Shown here: piece after piece, positions 48,537-61,600 of the stretch
How positions within the stretch are numbered: the stretch's first letter is position 1
Layout of the letters: every line of letters begins with the position of its first letter
Translations under genes and position numbers: made by a program
The notes under the pieces: model-generated
Database searches by the model: none
What the model was told of the DNA's origin: nothing
The model's input: the letters and a program-made list of their open reading frames with translations, nothing else
Origin: Asterias rubens
Lineage: Eukaryota
DNA: 64,000 nt
Reading direction: 5' to 3'
NCBI RefSeq assembly: GCF_902459465.1
Contig: NC_047066.1
Location: 1,178,001-1,242,000 of the forward strand

Positions 48537-51500
48537 TCAATGTGAATCGTCTACTTCTGATCCCTTAGTGAATCGCACCTCATCCCTATACTTCAAGTGG
48601 TATGGTCCTTGTGACCTGAGTAGGGGTTCAGCAGGGTCAGTGACCTTAGGGTCATCATAAACAGTGGAAATGATGAACTCTCTATTGCCACTTGGCTTGT
48701 ATGACGCAGAAGGACCAGTCTTGAATTGTTTCTTTTGATTTAATTTCTTGCCGTAGTATCTAGAAAAGAAAGAAAACAATTATTTCATCCAATTTATTTA
48801 CCAATCTAAAGTACACATAGAAACAATGTAACTTACAATGTAACTTTTACCCAATTAATAATCAAAGCTTGGTTGACAATATTTCTGTGTGGAAAAAAAC
48901 TTAAAAAGAATGAAAGATACCAGGACAAATTTCTCAACCAAAAACTTTCACTCATAACTAGAAGTAAATTAAACTTGGAGACAATCTCCACTGGCTTTGT
49001 AAGTTGGTCTGTCTCTGGTAAAATTATATTTTGTTAGAAGATATAAAGTAGCATGATATTTTGTACGATGCTGAAATTTAAGAGAGGTTTTAGAGTTAAA
49101 AGACGGGTATCTGGGAAAAAAGTAGAACTGCCAGACTTGTTTGGTTGACGGGTTGTTGGTCAATGCTAAAAAGACTGAACTCGTGGGTATTTTGAGCCCC
49201 AAAGCATTTGACAGACCCAAAAGAATCTCCATTTTTCTTGGGTTGTACACTATTCAGAAAGCTACCAACATCAAACCCTACCTACCCTATGCCTCGTTTG
49301 TCGTGCATCTTTTGTCCAATGTTGTCCAGTGCTTGACTCATTCCTTTCATGGTTTTACCGAGACCCTCTCCCTCTACCCAACCTTGAGCCTCCATAAGTT
49401 TCCTGCCAATACCCTGAGAGAGTGAGTATAACACAAACATAAAATTATTAAGGTGGCGATGTAAAGATCTGCTTTGTGAACTGAAGTTTTAATAAAGTCC
49501 AGTTCATACTTTCCGCCAGTACAAAGCAAATTGTTAGGCCACAGTGCTGCCTTCGCAGCGAATGTACTACAGGAGTTCAGCACAGCTCAACTTATTCATT
49601 GCAAATTTGTGGCGCCAAAAGTTGTATCACATTCGCATAAAGTATCACCAAGGCTTAACTTTTTAGATTTTTAAAAGATATCATATTTTTAAAAGATATC
49701 ATATTTTACTACTTCACTTAACATGCTTAAAGGAACAAACAGATGCATAAATGGGACAGGACCAGCAGGGATGACTGTAAAATCAACACAAAGTCCTAAG
49801 ATGTCATAATAAAAAAATATATTATCAATTAATAAAATCAATCTATCATTTGAAAATGTTCAAACTTGTAAGCAAATTTAAAATTTAAGTGCATATAATA
49901 TATCAAGGATATCACAATACACATTTATATAGGGAATAATGCAGGATATGACAATACATTATTAAAATAAGGATGATTGAAAAGAATATGATTTACATAC
50001 AGCAAATTAATAAGGCAATTGGAAATTAATCAAAGAAGTTATAAGTGAGAAGTAGTCAGGCTCTAGCAGTTAGAAAAAGGGAGCAAAGAAGAATATTCAA
50101 AGAACAACAAAATAAAAACAATGTGCATCAACTATTCCTGGAAGTTGACAGGATGAATGAGATGTAAAAATGGACAAGTACTAGCAATAATAATACAAAA
50201 CAATTATATAGTGAATAATGCAGGATAATAATGCACAACACAAACGATAAACCAATGAAATTTATATAGCAATTTGTAACCAAAATGTAGATTGATACAT
50301 GTGTGTCACTCATTAAAAGTCCCTTGAAAAAGTGAACGGGGTAAGCTCAATGAATACGTTGAATTGGTAAGTCATTCTATAATAATCATGCAACGAATTT
50401 TAGGCTCTTTGACTGTACAATTTTGTAGAAACAGTAATTTTTGTCGGTAGTGATTGGCTAGCAAAAAAAAAAAAAGACAATCAAAAATATGAAGAGCTTT
50501 GATTGAAAAAGAGGAAATTTAACTTAATTTTATAACCATTTTTATAACGCAAATTTCACAGAAAACAGCCCTGGGTATATGAGATACAATCGAATGATGA
50601 CATTTTTTTTTTTTTATGTGCCTCTACCGTACTTCTGACATAATAATATGGACTTATAATGCGCACATCTCCAGAAAACCGATCAAGGCGCCTTAAAAAC
50701 CAACAAGAGTGGCACGTAAACTGATAAACAGTAAGCAGACGAGTCCTGTATCAGGCAGTCTTTTGAAAACATTCGCGTCCTAAATCCAACCAGTCTGAGT
50801 TCGAGCCCAAAGTCCTCAGTGTTAAAGGAACACGTTGCCTTGGATCGGTCGAGTTGGTCTTTGAAAAGCGTTTGAAACCGTTTTTTATAAAATGCATATG
50901 GGTAGAAAGATGTTGTAAAAGTAGAATACAATGATCCACACAAACATGCCTCGAAATTGCACGGTTTTCCTTTTACCTCGTCGACTCACACGGTCGGCGG
51001 CCATAAATGGCCGACCGTGTTAGTTCACACAGTAAAAGGAAAACCACGCAAACTTCAAAGCAAACTTGTGTGGATCATTGTAATCTACTTTTAAAACATC
51101 TTTCCAACCATATACATTTTATAAAAAACGGTACAACTGCTTATTGTGGACCAACTCGTCCGATCCAAGGCAACGTGTTCCTTTAAGTCCGAGTCCAAGT
51201 CCCCGAATCATTTGGTTTGAGTTTGAGTCATTAATCAAAAAACAATTACTCGAGAACCCTTTTGTTTCCTGAACTTACTTTGGTATGTCTTTCAAAGCAT
51301 CCGATCGGCCTGTCTGCTTGATCCATATCTTCCGTTCTTTGCCCTCTCCTACTCTTGTTTTGTAACAGTCTCAATTCCCTTTTCTCCTTTCTTTTCTGTG
51401 TCTTGGATTTAAAGACGCTAGTGTTCGCCATACCCAGCTTCATCGCTCTCTGTCGTCTCATATCAAGGGAAGCTCTTGCGTCCATATCGCCCCCATCTTT

Positions 51501-54500
51501 AATTGGAAATCAAAAAGATACAAATGTCAAATCTCCAACATAATTTTGTAATAAATCATTGTTTTTTACGGTAAGTCAGTCTGTCCCGAGCCAATCCATG
51601 TATAGTATATGGCTCATAGGCCAGTGTTTATCCAGTTTCCTTGGCATTAAACAACTAGGAATATTTCTGAACCAATCCCCGGCAAATCCATCGCAGGTTA
51701 CTCCCAAGCTCTCGCCGGTAACCATTCAGGTAATTATGATATACATGTAGTGCCTTGCTCAAGGACACAAGTGTTGTGGCTAACCAGCCTTCAAACCCCT
51801 CTTTTTGTATACTACAGAACTAGAGTCCATCAAGTGTGCTTCGTTTAATTCAGCAAACTTTAATAAATGTGCGTTTTAAGAAGGGAATTTATTGAACAAG
51901 TGTATGTACTTGAAACAGAAATTTTCACAACTATAACTGGTACCAGAATCAAGCTTACAAACGGTAAAATTTAAGACTCTTTGAAACTTTTGTGGTGTCC
52001 ATTTGAAAGCAGCCCTCAATTCGACCAGCGGTTGGTATTCGCTGTACCAAAGGCAAAGTAGACATGCTTTTAATGATTTTTAATCAACATGCATTTCAGA
52101 TGAAATGATTTTGCAGGAACCATTTTTATAACAAGGAGGCTTTCGGAAAAAAATACATACCCCCCTGTTTCAGGGTCATTGACCGTACCTTTAAGTGCAC
52201 ATTGTTGCAAGTAGCAGGGCAAGCACCCTATAACTACTTTGATTAAATCCACTTCATTGTACAATGCAACATAATCACTTGTTGTATTTAATGCATCAAG
52301 GTCTGCATTTCAACTCTGTTGCACTTTGTAGTATTTTTATAGCAGGGTATGTTGAGAAACTTACTTGGATCATAATACGCACTCATATCTACATCCCAGT
52401 CATCTGACGTTTTCTCATCAAAATCTGAAAGGAAAACAAATCTGACATTATTTTTTTCTTTTCGGTCCGAAAAGGTAGAAATAATAAATATATACATAAA
52501 GAAAAACATTGTACAAGTGTAGGAAGTAGACATGATGAAACCTGTAATGAGAAGATGAAGATGCGAATAGGTCTGAAATAAGAAGTGGGATGGATAAACC
52601 TACATGTTTATTAAAAGTCAGGAAGTACTAAACCTAGCTATATCAGAACTGACAATAACTAGGGTGTTGTCAAAGGTGTTGCTAAGACTGTCTCTACCTT
52701 CAATGGTGCAGTGATCCAGCCCTAGCAAAAGCTACCAACTTGGACACAGCCTGAATAAGCCAGAGTCTGAGTCAGAGTCTTTAGCTGACATGACTCAAGT
52801 CAATTCTGAGTCACCAAAATTGTGACTCGAGACGGACTAGAGTCGGAGTCCTACAACTCTAGATGTGTTCAAACCAGAGTCTAGTTTTGGGGCAAGATGT
52901 TCTCGTTGAGTTAGTAAAACCTCTATTATTTGTCTATGGTAATACCACAGTCCCATTCACTCAACGCTTCACACTTCGCGACTAGTCTACCGATAGAGGG
53001 CATTTTTTGTTAACCATGATCCAGCCAAGAACAGTTTTGCGTGTGGTGTGGTGGGGTGATCTGGAAGTTCTCCAAACAGCCCGCAAGGGTCAACGGTTGT
53101 GGGTTCGAATCCCACCCGAGTAATATGCCTGTGATGTTTTTTTTTAACAGAACTCGGATAAGTCCCTAGTATACATGTACAATGCTAACACACATCAGTG
53201 TGTATGGTTAAAAACCTGAATATTCTTTATCCCCTAAGCAAATTTTACATCTTTAAATCAGCCCCCTATCGCTTGATAGTAATGTGGGCGGCGAGGAGAA
53301 GTGGTGCGGAGGATCGTGACTCATAGTGAACAACCATGTCTTGTACCAAGACTAACCAGAGTCTACTGTAGGAATTGAATGAAGCGTAGTACCCACCTCC
53401 TTCTGCCTTATCCCAATATGCAGCGTCTGTATAGAACACCAGACCACTGCTTCCTTTATCCCATGTCACCTCCATGTCGTTTTCAAACAGTCTCTCTGTT
53501 GTTCGCTCCTGATTGGTGACGTCGTTGTGTAGAGCTTCATGTCGCTCCCATTCCTCACCAGAATCATCATCCTAAGGAAGGTACCATCATCGCACAAAGT
53601 TATCATTTATTTTCTTCTTTAAAAGGTAGGGTCATGGTGAGTAGTCCAAAGCTATAGTTACACTGTACACCTTTTAAAAATGTACTTATTAGATGTTGAT
53701 TTGTACTTTCAGAAAGCAACTGAAAGATACTGGTTTTTGACAAGTACTCCAACATGTCCTTAAGAAGTTTGGTTTACAACAGCTGACGGTTTTCAACCAT
53801 AAAATAGCCAACTCTTCAATCAACTTTACTTCGTAAGCTTAAGGATTTGGGTATTTTTTCTAACACAAAACACAATGTCCACAGATTTACATTAAACTTA
53901 CTGTTTGAAGATAATGATAATACAAAGCTTACCTTAAATTATTAGTTGCTGAGGTGCTGAAGTTTTGAGAAATAAGTAAAAAAGAAAATACGTTTTTAAA
54001 AGCTAAAATAATTTTCGTCTCATGATCAGTGAGACAACAATTATTTTCATGACATTGTTTTACTCATTTCTCAAAAACCACAGCACCTCAGCAAGTAATA
54101 TTTGAAGGGAAGCTTTCTACTATCATTATCTTCAAACTGTGTAAGTTAAGTGTAAATCTGTAGACATTGTGTTTTTCGTTCTACAAAAGTACATAGACCC
54201 TTTAAAGCAGTTATTTGATGATGCTGGAATTTGGTTTTATAATAAGTGTTTATTCGTAGATGAGAGGAAAGTTTACAAGGGGCTAGACAAATTGAACCTC
54301 TAACCTCGTCATCTGCTTCGGGCCACGATTCATCACAGTCTCTTTTCAAGCCACTTCCCATTCTTTTGTTTTTCAAATGTTTTGTCATTCTCATCTGTTT
54401 GCGAGTTCCTGAAGCAAACTTAGCGTTGTCATCATCAGTGTTGTATATTGCATGTCCACGTGCCGTCAGCACAAGTTTGTCTCTTTCCATTCCAGGGAGA

Positions 54501-56312
54501 ACCTCACCATAGTACTCAAGAGGAACACTCCCATATCTTTTATTCGTTCGACTTTTAGGGAAGACTATACCAAGTCTTTTGACGACTTTAGGTGGGAGAC
54601 GACATTCTCTGATAAGTTGGTTAAAGACTGAGGTACGAGTGCCGACATTGCCACTCGGCATTATATCTGGAGGGTTAAGCTCTTCCAATTTCAGGAGACT
54701 TGACATCGGGATTGCATCGCTGATGGTTTGAGCTTCCAGTAGGTCTTGTCTTCTCCTTCGAGTTTTTAACTTCGGCGGAGATTGTTCTGTTTCTATAAAA
54801 ATAGTAACATACTTAAAATAATTAAAACATTACAAAATAAAGCGCTGTCAATTTTAAAGCCAAACTGCAAGCTGCATGGCACAGAATATGCTCAGTGATT
54901 GTTTTCAGGGATTTTATCTGGTTCACACCAACATTGTTGTTGTGACTTAATCGAACCGTCCCCTGAATTACGGACTCCAGAGCCATAAATCAGAACCCAA
55001 AACACAAGTCCAGTACTATCTACTAAAATGTGGGTATAGAGCACAAAATAAGGAATGACCACGTGACTCGACTCAAAGTGTAACAAACTTGTCTGCATGG
55101 GGTCAAACAGAAAAATCATGCAATGAGCTGTACATTTGTATAGACCCAGTACCTGGGGTCTGACACTGAGCTGTACTCCTTTTTTTTCGAAATTTTGTCA
55201 TTAACGATAATGACAACATTTTGAAAAAAGGAGTACAGCGCCCCAGTTACTGGGTCTTATTTGTATGCAACAATCATCATCTAGTTTGAGTTTGAATTTA
55301 AGGCAGTTAAAACCATGATGGCTACTCCTGTATGTGCCGAAAAGGAAAACCAGGTTAAAATGGTATATTTCCTTTTTTTCTAATGTAGATAATTATCAGC
55401 AAATATGTAGCTGCATAACAACAAACATTAATTTTGTCTAAATTCTACAAAATAAATGGATGACTTTCCATTTCATGCCACCACTTTTTCACTCATTTTT
55501 ACAATAAATAATAAGGGATATCACTTTGAGGTAAATTAGATACTATATTATTTCATATCGAATGAAAAAGTGGTGGCGTGACACCAAAACTTTTCCAAAT
55601 AAATCAGCAAAGTTCTAATTTAGTATTTACATGTATTGATAAAATGAACCAGAACTTTACCACCATTTTCTATCATATCGAGCGTTACTGCCACTCTTAT
55701 CCGGGTGATGACGCAGAGTTGTGAGATTGTGTTGCCTTCTTCATCCATCCAGTTCTTTTTATTGTACATCGCAATAAACTCGTTCAGTTTAGATTCATAC
55801 AAACGAATTACGCAACATGTCGTAGTCTCTTTATCATGTTTATCATCAGTCTGGGAATCGGCAACTTCAAATTCTTGTTCTTGAGCGTGTCTTTTCTGGA
55901 TTATTTGTTTATCTTCATTAATTTGTTCATCACTTGGATTGTACTCCAATGGTTGCCTTGGAAAACCCTCTTTCTGTATTTGTTCCTCATCGAACGTTCT
56001 GCGAACAGTGGATGTGTCAAGTGTGCTCGAAGAATTCGATAGCGCGGTTTTCATCTTGTTAGCCGCAGTGAAACCCGCCGCCATGGCCGCAGTGTCAATG
56101 ACGGTTGCGTCTAATTCATTTCTGCACCATTCGATAAAATCAGGTTTCTCTATAACTTTACGCTCGGGACGATGCTTAAAATGAAAACAATCAAATCCTC
56201 CAACTTCAAGAAATTGTGAGAAGTAATTTCGAAGGTGTTTAGAGTGGAGTTTTATTGGAATATTAGACACAGCAGCGTAAACAATTTCATCACTGTCTAT
56301 GGGCGCCGCCAT
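48537..56312 (-). CDS. GPATCH3: G patch domain-containing protein 3; exons 56312-55661, 54792-54305, 53571-53397, 52424-52365, 51496-51279, 49413-49286, 48759-48537; 647 aa
   Basis: Motifs matching GPATCH3 in order: HLRNYFSQF..GGFDCFHFKHRPE, ELNPP..MPSGNVGT, CRLPP, RYGSVPLEY, EEWERHEALH, SGLVFYTDA, DDWDVDMSAYYD, FERHTK|GIGRKLMEAQGWVEGEGLG (G-patch), ISTVYD. All six introns are GT-AG with compatible phases (total 1944 nt). Confidence 0.95.
50822..51186. mobile_element. Palindromic TTAA MITE family D, intact copy
   Basis: TTAA-AGGAACACGTTGCCTTGGATCGG...CCGATCCAAGGCAACGTGTTCCT-TTAA; the interior is also largely an inverted repeat. Confidence 0.85.
53075..53255 (+). mobile_element. tRNA-derived SINE-like repeat (related body at 23290-23430)
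   Basis: B box GGTTCGAATCCC at 53102-13, followed by gagtaatatgcctgtga...gctaacacacatc...attctttatcccc, shared with 23.3 kb. Confidence 0.55.
53839..54205. mobile_element. Palindromic TTAA MITE family E (GPATCH3 intron 2)
   Basis: TTAA at both ends; inverted arms acaatgtccacagatttaca...gctgaggtgctg / cagcacctcagc...tgtaaatctgtagacattgtg. A fragment also lies at ~37870-37950. Confidence 0.72.
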
Positions 56313-57198
56313 GATGAAAAGATATTCCTTTAAAACCCCTCGTTCTATAATTGGTATAAAGTATGGCAACAATATAAATTTATAGCAAATAATAAATAAA
56401 ATTTTGACTAAATAAAATAAAGAAATATCTTTTATATTTATATTGATATGTAAATTAAAATGATCTTTATATTTTTAGCTCATTCAGTTAAATATATTTT
56501 ACGAACTAATTATTCTAAAGTGTAACCTTTGCCCTTGCTATGCATGAATGTTGACAAACTTCAAACAACACGTGTTTTGAGTAAATTTATTGAACAAGTT
56601 CTTGTGCATTCCTGTACCAGCGAGACACTCGGATCATCGTTTTACACGGGGATAAACACAGACAGAGGTATGATATTCATTGCAGTTTTTTATTACCTAA
56701 CATGCGCTAAAAATACTTCTACTACTAGTAGTACTAGTACTACTAGTCCCACTTGTTCGTTGTTGTGTGGCCAAGGGTAGCTGATTCTTGGCCACGGCCA
56801 CACCACCACAACGGACAAGAAGTGTTTTTAAATAAAATAGGTAGGGGCTTATAATATTATAATGGACTTCGTGTGGTATCCTGGTGTCATGGGTTTTCAC
56901 ATTTTTATAGTCTAGAGTCAGTAAGGCCAATAATAAGGTTTATCGCGATTCAGAAACACAATGCATTGTGGGAAGGAATGAGGGGCAGTTTCTATGCAGT
57001 TTCTACGACTTGCGCACGCAACGCCTATACCTTTGTGTGGTTCAACAGCGTCCTCTCTTGATATTTTGCTATTCGCGATAAACCTTATGACAGAGTTTTT
57101 CTGTAGGTAGGATAACAAGTAACAGGAAAAATTGTTAATATTTTTTTTCCCCATACAGGTACAGTCCCATGGCCATACGGGCTCCCATACACCTCTTT

Positions 57199-57619
57199 TT
57201 AAAGGAACACGTTGCCTTGGTGGATCAGTCGAGTTGGTCTTTGAAAAGCGTTTGTAACCGTTTTCAATAAAATGCATATCCGTGGGTAGAAAGATGTTGT
57301 AAAAAAGTAGAATACAAAAAAAATGATCCACACAAACACGCATCGAAATCGCACGGTTTTCCTTTAGTTTTACCTCATCGACTAAGACGGTCGGCCATTT
57401 ATGGGAGTCAAATTTTTGACTCCCATAAATAGCCGACCGTGTTAGTTCGCAAAGTAAAAGGAAAACCATGCAATTTCAAGGCAAATCTGTGTGGATCATT
57501 TGTATTCTACTTTTATTTTGTTTAAACATCTATGTTCCAACCAATGCATTTTATAACAAACGGTTATAAACGCTTTTTATAGACCAACTCGTCCGATCCA
57601 AGGCAAAGTGTTCCTTTAA
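57199..57619. mobile_element. Palindromic TTAA MITE family D copy with full central hairpin
   Basis: Same TIRs; centre cggtcggccatttatgggagtcaaa-tt-tttgactcccataaatagccgaccg. Confidence 0.82.
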
Positions 57620-58686
57620 TACTTATAGGAAAATTGTTCACAATCAAAAACTAAATGATTTTTTTTTAAATCATCTATCAAATCTTTTTACAATGACACT
57701 TGCACTTTATCGTGTTTTGAAATCTTAAAAGTTTTGGTTTTACGTTGCGAGAGATAGTCCGCTGTTTATTAAGCTACTATTTATATAGTGCTAATGCATG
57801 CACGACATTCGAGCGACATCATAATGTTTACAATGGGTCCGTTTACAATTAATATGAACTATTTGGAGGCATTTAATTTTGAATAACTAACTTGTGTCAA
57901 TCAGCCTCCTCAGGAGGATCTGCATAGCCCCATAGTTCTAAAATGGCGCCCTCTTGTGGATTAACCTCTGACGAGGCATAAACTTAAGATTAAGAATGCA
58001 TGTCAAGGCGTGTGATAGCTGGTCTCTGCGTACTCCTAGATTTATGAGGTTCGTTCCGCTATCATGAAGAATATACATGTAGCTGAACGAACAGAGTTCT
58101 AGGAGTTAGTCTGTGCAGTGGGGTGGGACAACGTTGGGGGGGGGGTTCTTGCTGATGTAGAGAAATGGCCGTAATCCTAGATTTGAAATCAAGTCCACCT
58201 TACTCCTTGCTTGCGCTTTAACTCTTTGCCTTTTAACGCTAATAATAGCATCATGCTAGTATAGAGTTGAAAGGAAATCCCAAAAATATGGACCAGTGCA
58301 AAAGCTGGGGACAAGTGAAATGAAAAGCCAACTGGTCTTGCTTTTGGCTAGTCACTGAAAAAAGTTAAACTAGGCAAACCCTGCTAAACGTACCACTGGC
58401 CACTCGGCCTCATTATTATTATTATTATTTACACGACCATTTCACAAAGAACAACAACAATACATGTAATTGCAAATAAGATAGTAACAGGAAAAAAATA
58501 TTTCCACCATGCATACTTTTTATTTTAATGAAAAGCCTGGGACATTGCAAATGGACACTTAGGATTATACAACCATGTATTTATGTTGTCTATGATAAAT
58601 AATGTAACAGTAACTCACAATTAGATCCAATTGCCATAACTAATGCATTTTTTATACTCCTGTTTTGTTTCTGTTTAAAGGAGAAC

Positions 58687-60909
58687 ATGCCGCAAGGAAA
58701 AAAAAGAAAACATGCACAGGCACCAGGGAAAAAGAGTAGTAAGCATGTTCATCAAAAGAAGGGTACCGGTGGTGGTGTCCAGAAAAAAGGTATAAAGAAA
58801 ATAATGGGGCTACACATACATTGGTTTCTTCAGTTTTACTTGGGTTGTATAGACGATGTGACCTGACGTCACTTGAAAACTATAACATGATTCGCGCGCA
58901 TACCGCTGGGTAAAACCTTTGTGTTTTGGCAGCCAGCTAGAAAGTGTATGCAATGTTACCCTGACTACGCGTCGTTTTGCCCGGCCAAACATGACGTTTA
59001 CAGTGTTTTGTCAACAGAGGGCGGTTTGAATGTAAACATTCAGTGGGTAGACTGACATTATGGGTAGACTGATATTGGGATGATAAGTTTTTATAGAAAT
59101 TAAAAATTAACTTTCAGAGTCTGTTGATTAAGCAGGATGGAGCTTGGAGGAGAAGGGTTCACATTTTACTTACAGTCTTAGTTATTAAGTTGATGCTTTT
59201 GATGTTGATTTTCAGGTCGCTTTATTGCTCCTAAGAAAGCCAGTGTCGTCAAGCTGGCCAAGCTGAGGAAGGTAAACATTTCTTTCTTAACAACCTGTTC
59301 TGGCTGAGTTTAATACTTGATTGGTAGACTTTTCAAGATGCCCATTTACAGATGTCTAACTTGTCAAGGAAACTTACCATTATGATAGTCTTATAAATGC
59401 TTCTGTCAAGGAAACTTACCATTATGATAGTCTTATAAATGCTTCTGTCAAGGAAACTTACCATTATGATAGTCTTATAAATGCTTCTGTCAAGGAAACT
59501 TACCATTATGATAGTCTTATAAATGCTTCTGTCAAGGAAACTTACCATTATGATAGTCTTATAAATGCTTCTGTCAAGGAAACTTACCATTATGATAGTC
59601 TTATAAATGCTTCTGTCAAGGAAACTTACCATTATGATAGTCTTATAAATGCTTCTGTCAAGGAAACTTACCATTATGATAGTCTTATAAATGCTTCTGT
59701 CAAGGAAACTTACCATTATGATAGTCTTATAAATGCTTCTGTCAAGGAAACTTACAATTATGATAGTCTTATAAATGCTTCTGTCAAGGAAACTTACCAT
59801 TATGATAGTCTTATAAATGCTTCTGTCAAGGAAACTTACAATTATGATAGTCTTATAAATGCTTCTGTCAAGGAAACTTACCATTATGATAGTCTTATAA
59901 ATGCTTCTGTCAAGGAAACTTACCATTATGATAGTCTTATAAATGCTTCTGTCAAGGAAACTTACAATTATGATAGTCTTATAAATGCTTCTGTCAAAGA
60001 AACTTACCATTATGATAGTCTTATAAATGCTTCTGTCAAGGAAACTTACCATTATGATAGTCTTATAAATGCTTCTGTGGATGTGGTTGTTTTCATAGAC
60101 AAATCCTATGTATTTCTTGTAAATTCTAGCCACATCTTAATTAAATTATATTTATATTCCTACTGTTTGCAATGTGCCTTTAGGCATGAAGTGCATGGCT
60201 TGTACATGTATGAAGGCATGGTTGACTTGTGCGTAAAGCACTCTTCTCCCATCACTGTGGTCCTGGTTCGAATCCCAGCTAGGGCCGTATATGCGAGTAG
60301 AGTTGTGACACTAAGGTTTTTGTCCAGGCCCTGCGGTTTTCTCTTCTCTGGATAAAGGAAACACTTTTGATGCATGGCTATAATTGCTCCTTGGTCGAAT
60401 AGTGGTTTGATGTGGCTTGCTGGGAAAGGTACCCTCGCATGCCTGGTGCTCAAACATTATGTGGCCTCATACTTTGCAATTCAGCCTCTCAGATGCAAGT
60501 GAGGCAGACAAAAGGGCCTATGAAATGTTTACTATTTATCATGTACATGTAACTCTAGCCCTAAAAATTTCTTCCATTTGAATTAATCAAACTGAGAATG
60601 GGAGAATAGTCTGGCCCGATTATGGTCGAATTGTCGAATGAGTTATTATGATTACCACTATACCAGGGTACTAGGAGAAAAAGGCGTATAAAGTACTTTT
60701 ACTTGTCAAATTTGCCAATCCTGCAGTCTTTTTCAATCAGTTTTAACGCTGTACTTCTTTTTCATGTTTAGAATCTTGAACGAGCTATCGGGAGTAACAT
60801 TGAAAAGGAAGTTGTTGCCATGGCAGCATCAAGAGAACCCAGACCGCTTACTGTGGCGAGTCGTCCAACTCCAGATTTGAAAGGAAAGACAAGTTCCAAA
60901 AAGAAATAA
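58687..60909 (+). CDS. C19orf53: Leydig cell tumor 10 kDa protein homolog (UPF0390); exons 58687-58789, 59216-59271, 60772-60909; 98 aa
   Basis: MPQGKKRK...GVQKK-GRFIAPKKASVVKLAKLRK-NLERAIGSNIEKEVVAMA matches the family pattern MAQG...GGRVIAPKK...[21 protein letters not shown]. 103+56+138 = 297 nt. An acceptor at 58680 implies an upstream 5'UTR exon. All exons are too short for the ORF track. Confidence 0.9.
59363..60076. repeat. Minisatellite, 17 x 42 bp (GTCAAGGAAACTTACCATTATGATAGTCTTATAAATGCTTCT)
   Basis: Units start at 59363 and every 42 nt to 60035. Only single-base variants occur (copies 10, 12 and 15 caatt; copy 16 caaaga). No spacers. Lies in C19orf53 intron 2. Confidence 0.97.
60228..60500 (+). 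mobile_element. tRNA-derived SINE-like repeat in C19orf53 intron 2
   Basis: B box GGTTCGAATCCC at 60265-76 preceded by an A-box-like tggttgacttgtgcg. Confidence 0.5.
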
Positions 60910-60944
60910 CACTTCAAGACAAATAGAAATGTACATAGATGTAA

Positions 60945-61600
60945 TTACTTGGGGTTGAACAAAGAAAAACTTACTAAAGTGGGACTCAAAACATTGGCCA
61001 CTGGATTAACATGGCAGTGTTGTACAACTGAGCTATAATAAAGCCCTATGTTGGCGGTGTCCCTATTTAGTCAATATCTTTGTTCGAGGGTGCCAGTCAG
61101 AAGCCATACAACCATAGAGTTATATATAAGAACTAGAGCGCGCACTGGCCTATATACGCGCCCCGGTATGCGAGCAGGCGGCCATTTTCTAAGTTGACAA
61201 CACAGCTATCTCACAGTGTGTGTTTGTGCGGCCATTTTGTAAGTTGAACAAACAGCATCGCTTGAGCGTTGAATAAAAAAAACCTCAAACGTGTATTTCA
61301 TATTCAAAAACTTGGTGGTGTACAAGATAGTCTTGAGTTGTACGCCAGGTTACGGTATTCCATGAATGACATATACATGTTGAGAACTTTAGCTAACAAT
61401 GCCCAGAGTATTCAGTGTATTTTAATGCAAGTTGGCTCACCCAACACAAGGCTAAAAGCCAAGACTAAAATTACTTGGGGTTGAACAAAGAACTGACTGA
61501 CTAGAGTGGGACTCAAACCTACGACCTCCGGATTAACGTGCCAGCGCTGTAACAATATTGAGCTTTTTAGCCCTATGTTGGCGATCTCCCTATTTTGTCA
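60945..61600 (-). mobile_element. Two SINE-like copies (60945-61085 and 61470-61600) 3' of C19orf53
   Basis: ttacttggggttgaacaaaga...agtgggactcaaa...agccctatgttggcg...ccctattt occurs twice; gggactcaaacc is a reversed B-box-like motif. Confidence 0.55.

Noticed and set aside
54146-54304. C-terminal part of ORF 54146-54706
   Set aside because: GPATCH3 exon 2 ends at the donor at 54305; the remainder is intron and family E MITE.
8096-57469. ORFs such as MCGSLYSTFTTSFYPYAFY and MDHCILLLQHLSTHMHF (8096, 8448, 8561, 50683, 50751, 56918)
   Set aside because: Derived from the palindromic family D MITE.
59333-60133. 42-bp array as a CRISPR array, or the 266-aa ORF as a gene
   Set aside because: Units are contiguous with no unique spacers, no cas genes are present, and the context is a eukaryotic intron. 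The ORF is just the stop-free frame of the repeat.
53095-60280. tRNA genes at the GGTTCGAATCCC motifs (53102, 60265)
   Set aside because: B boxes are present but there is no acceptor stem or cloverleaf; treated as SINE heads.
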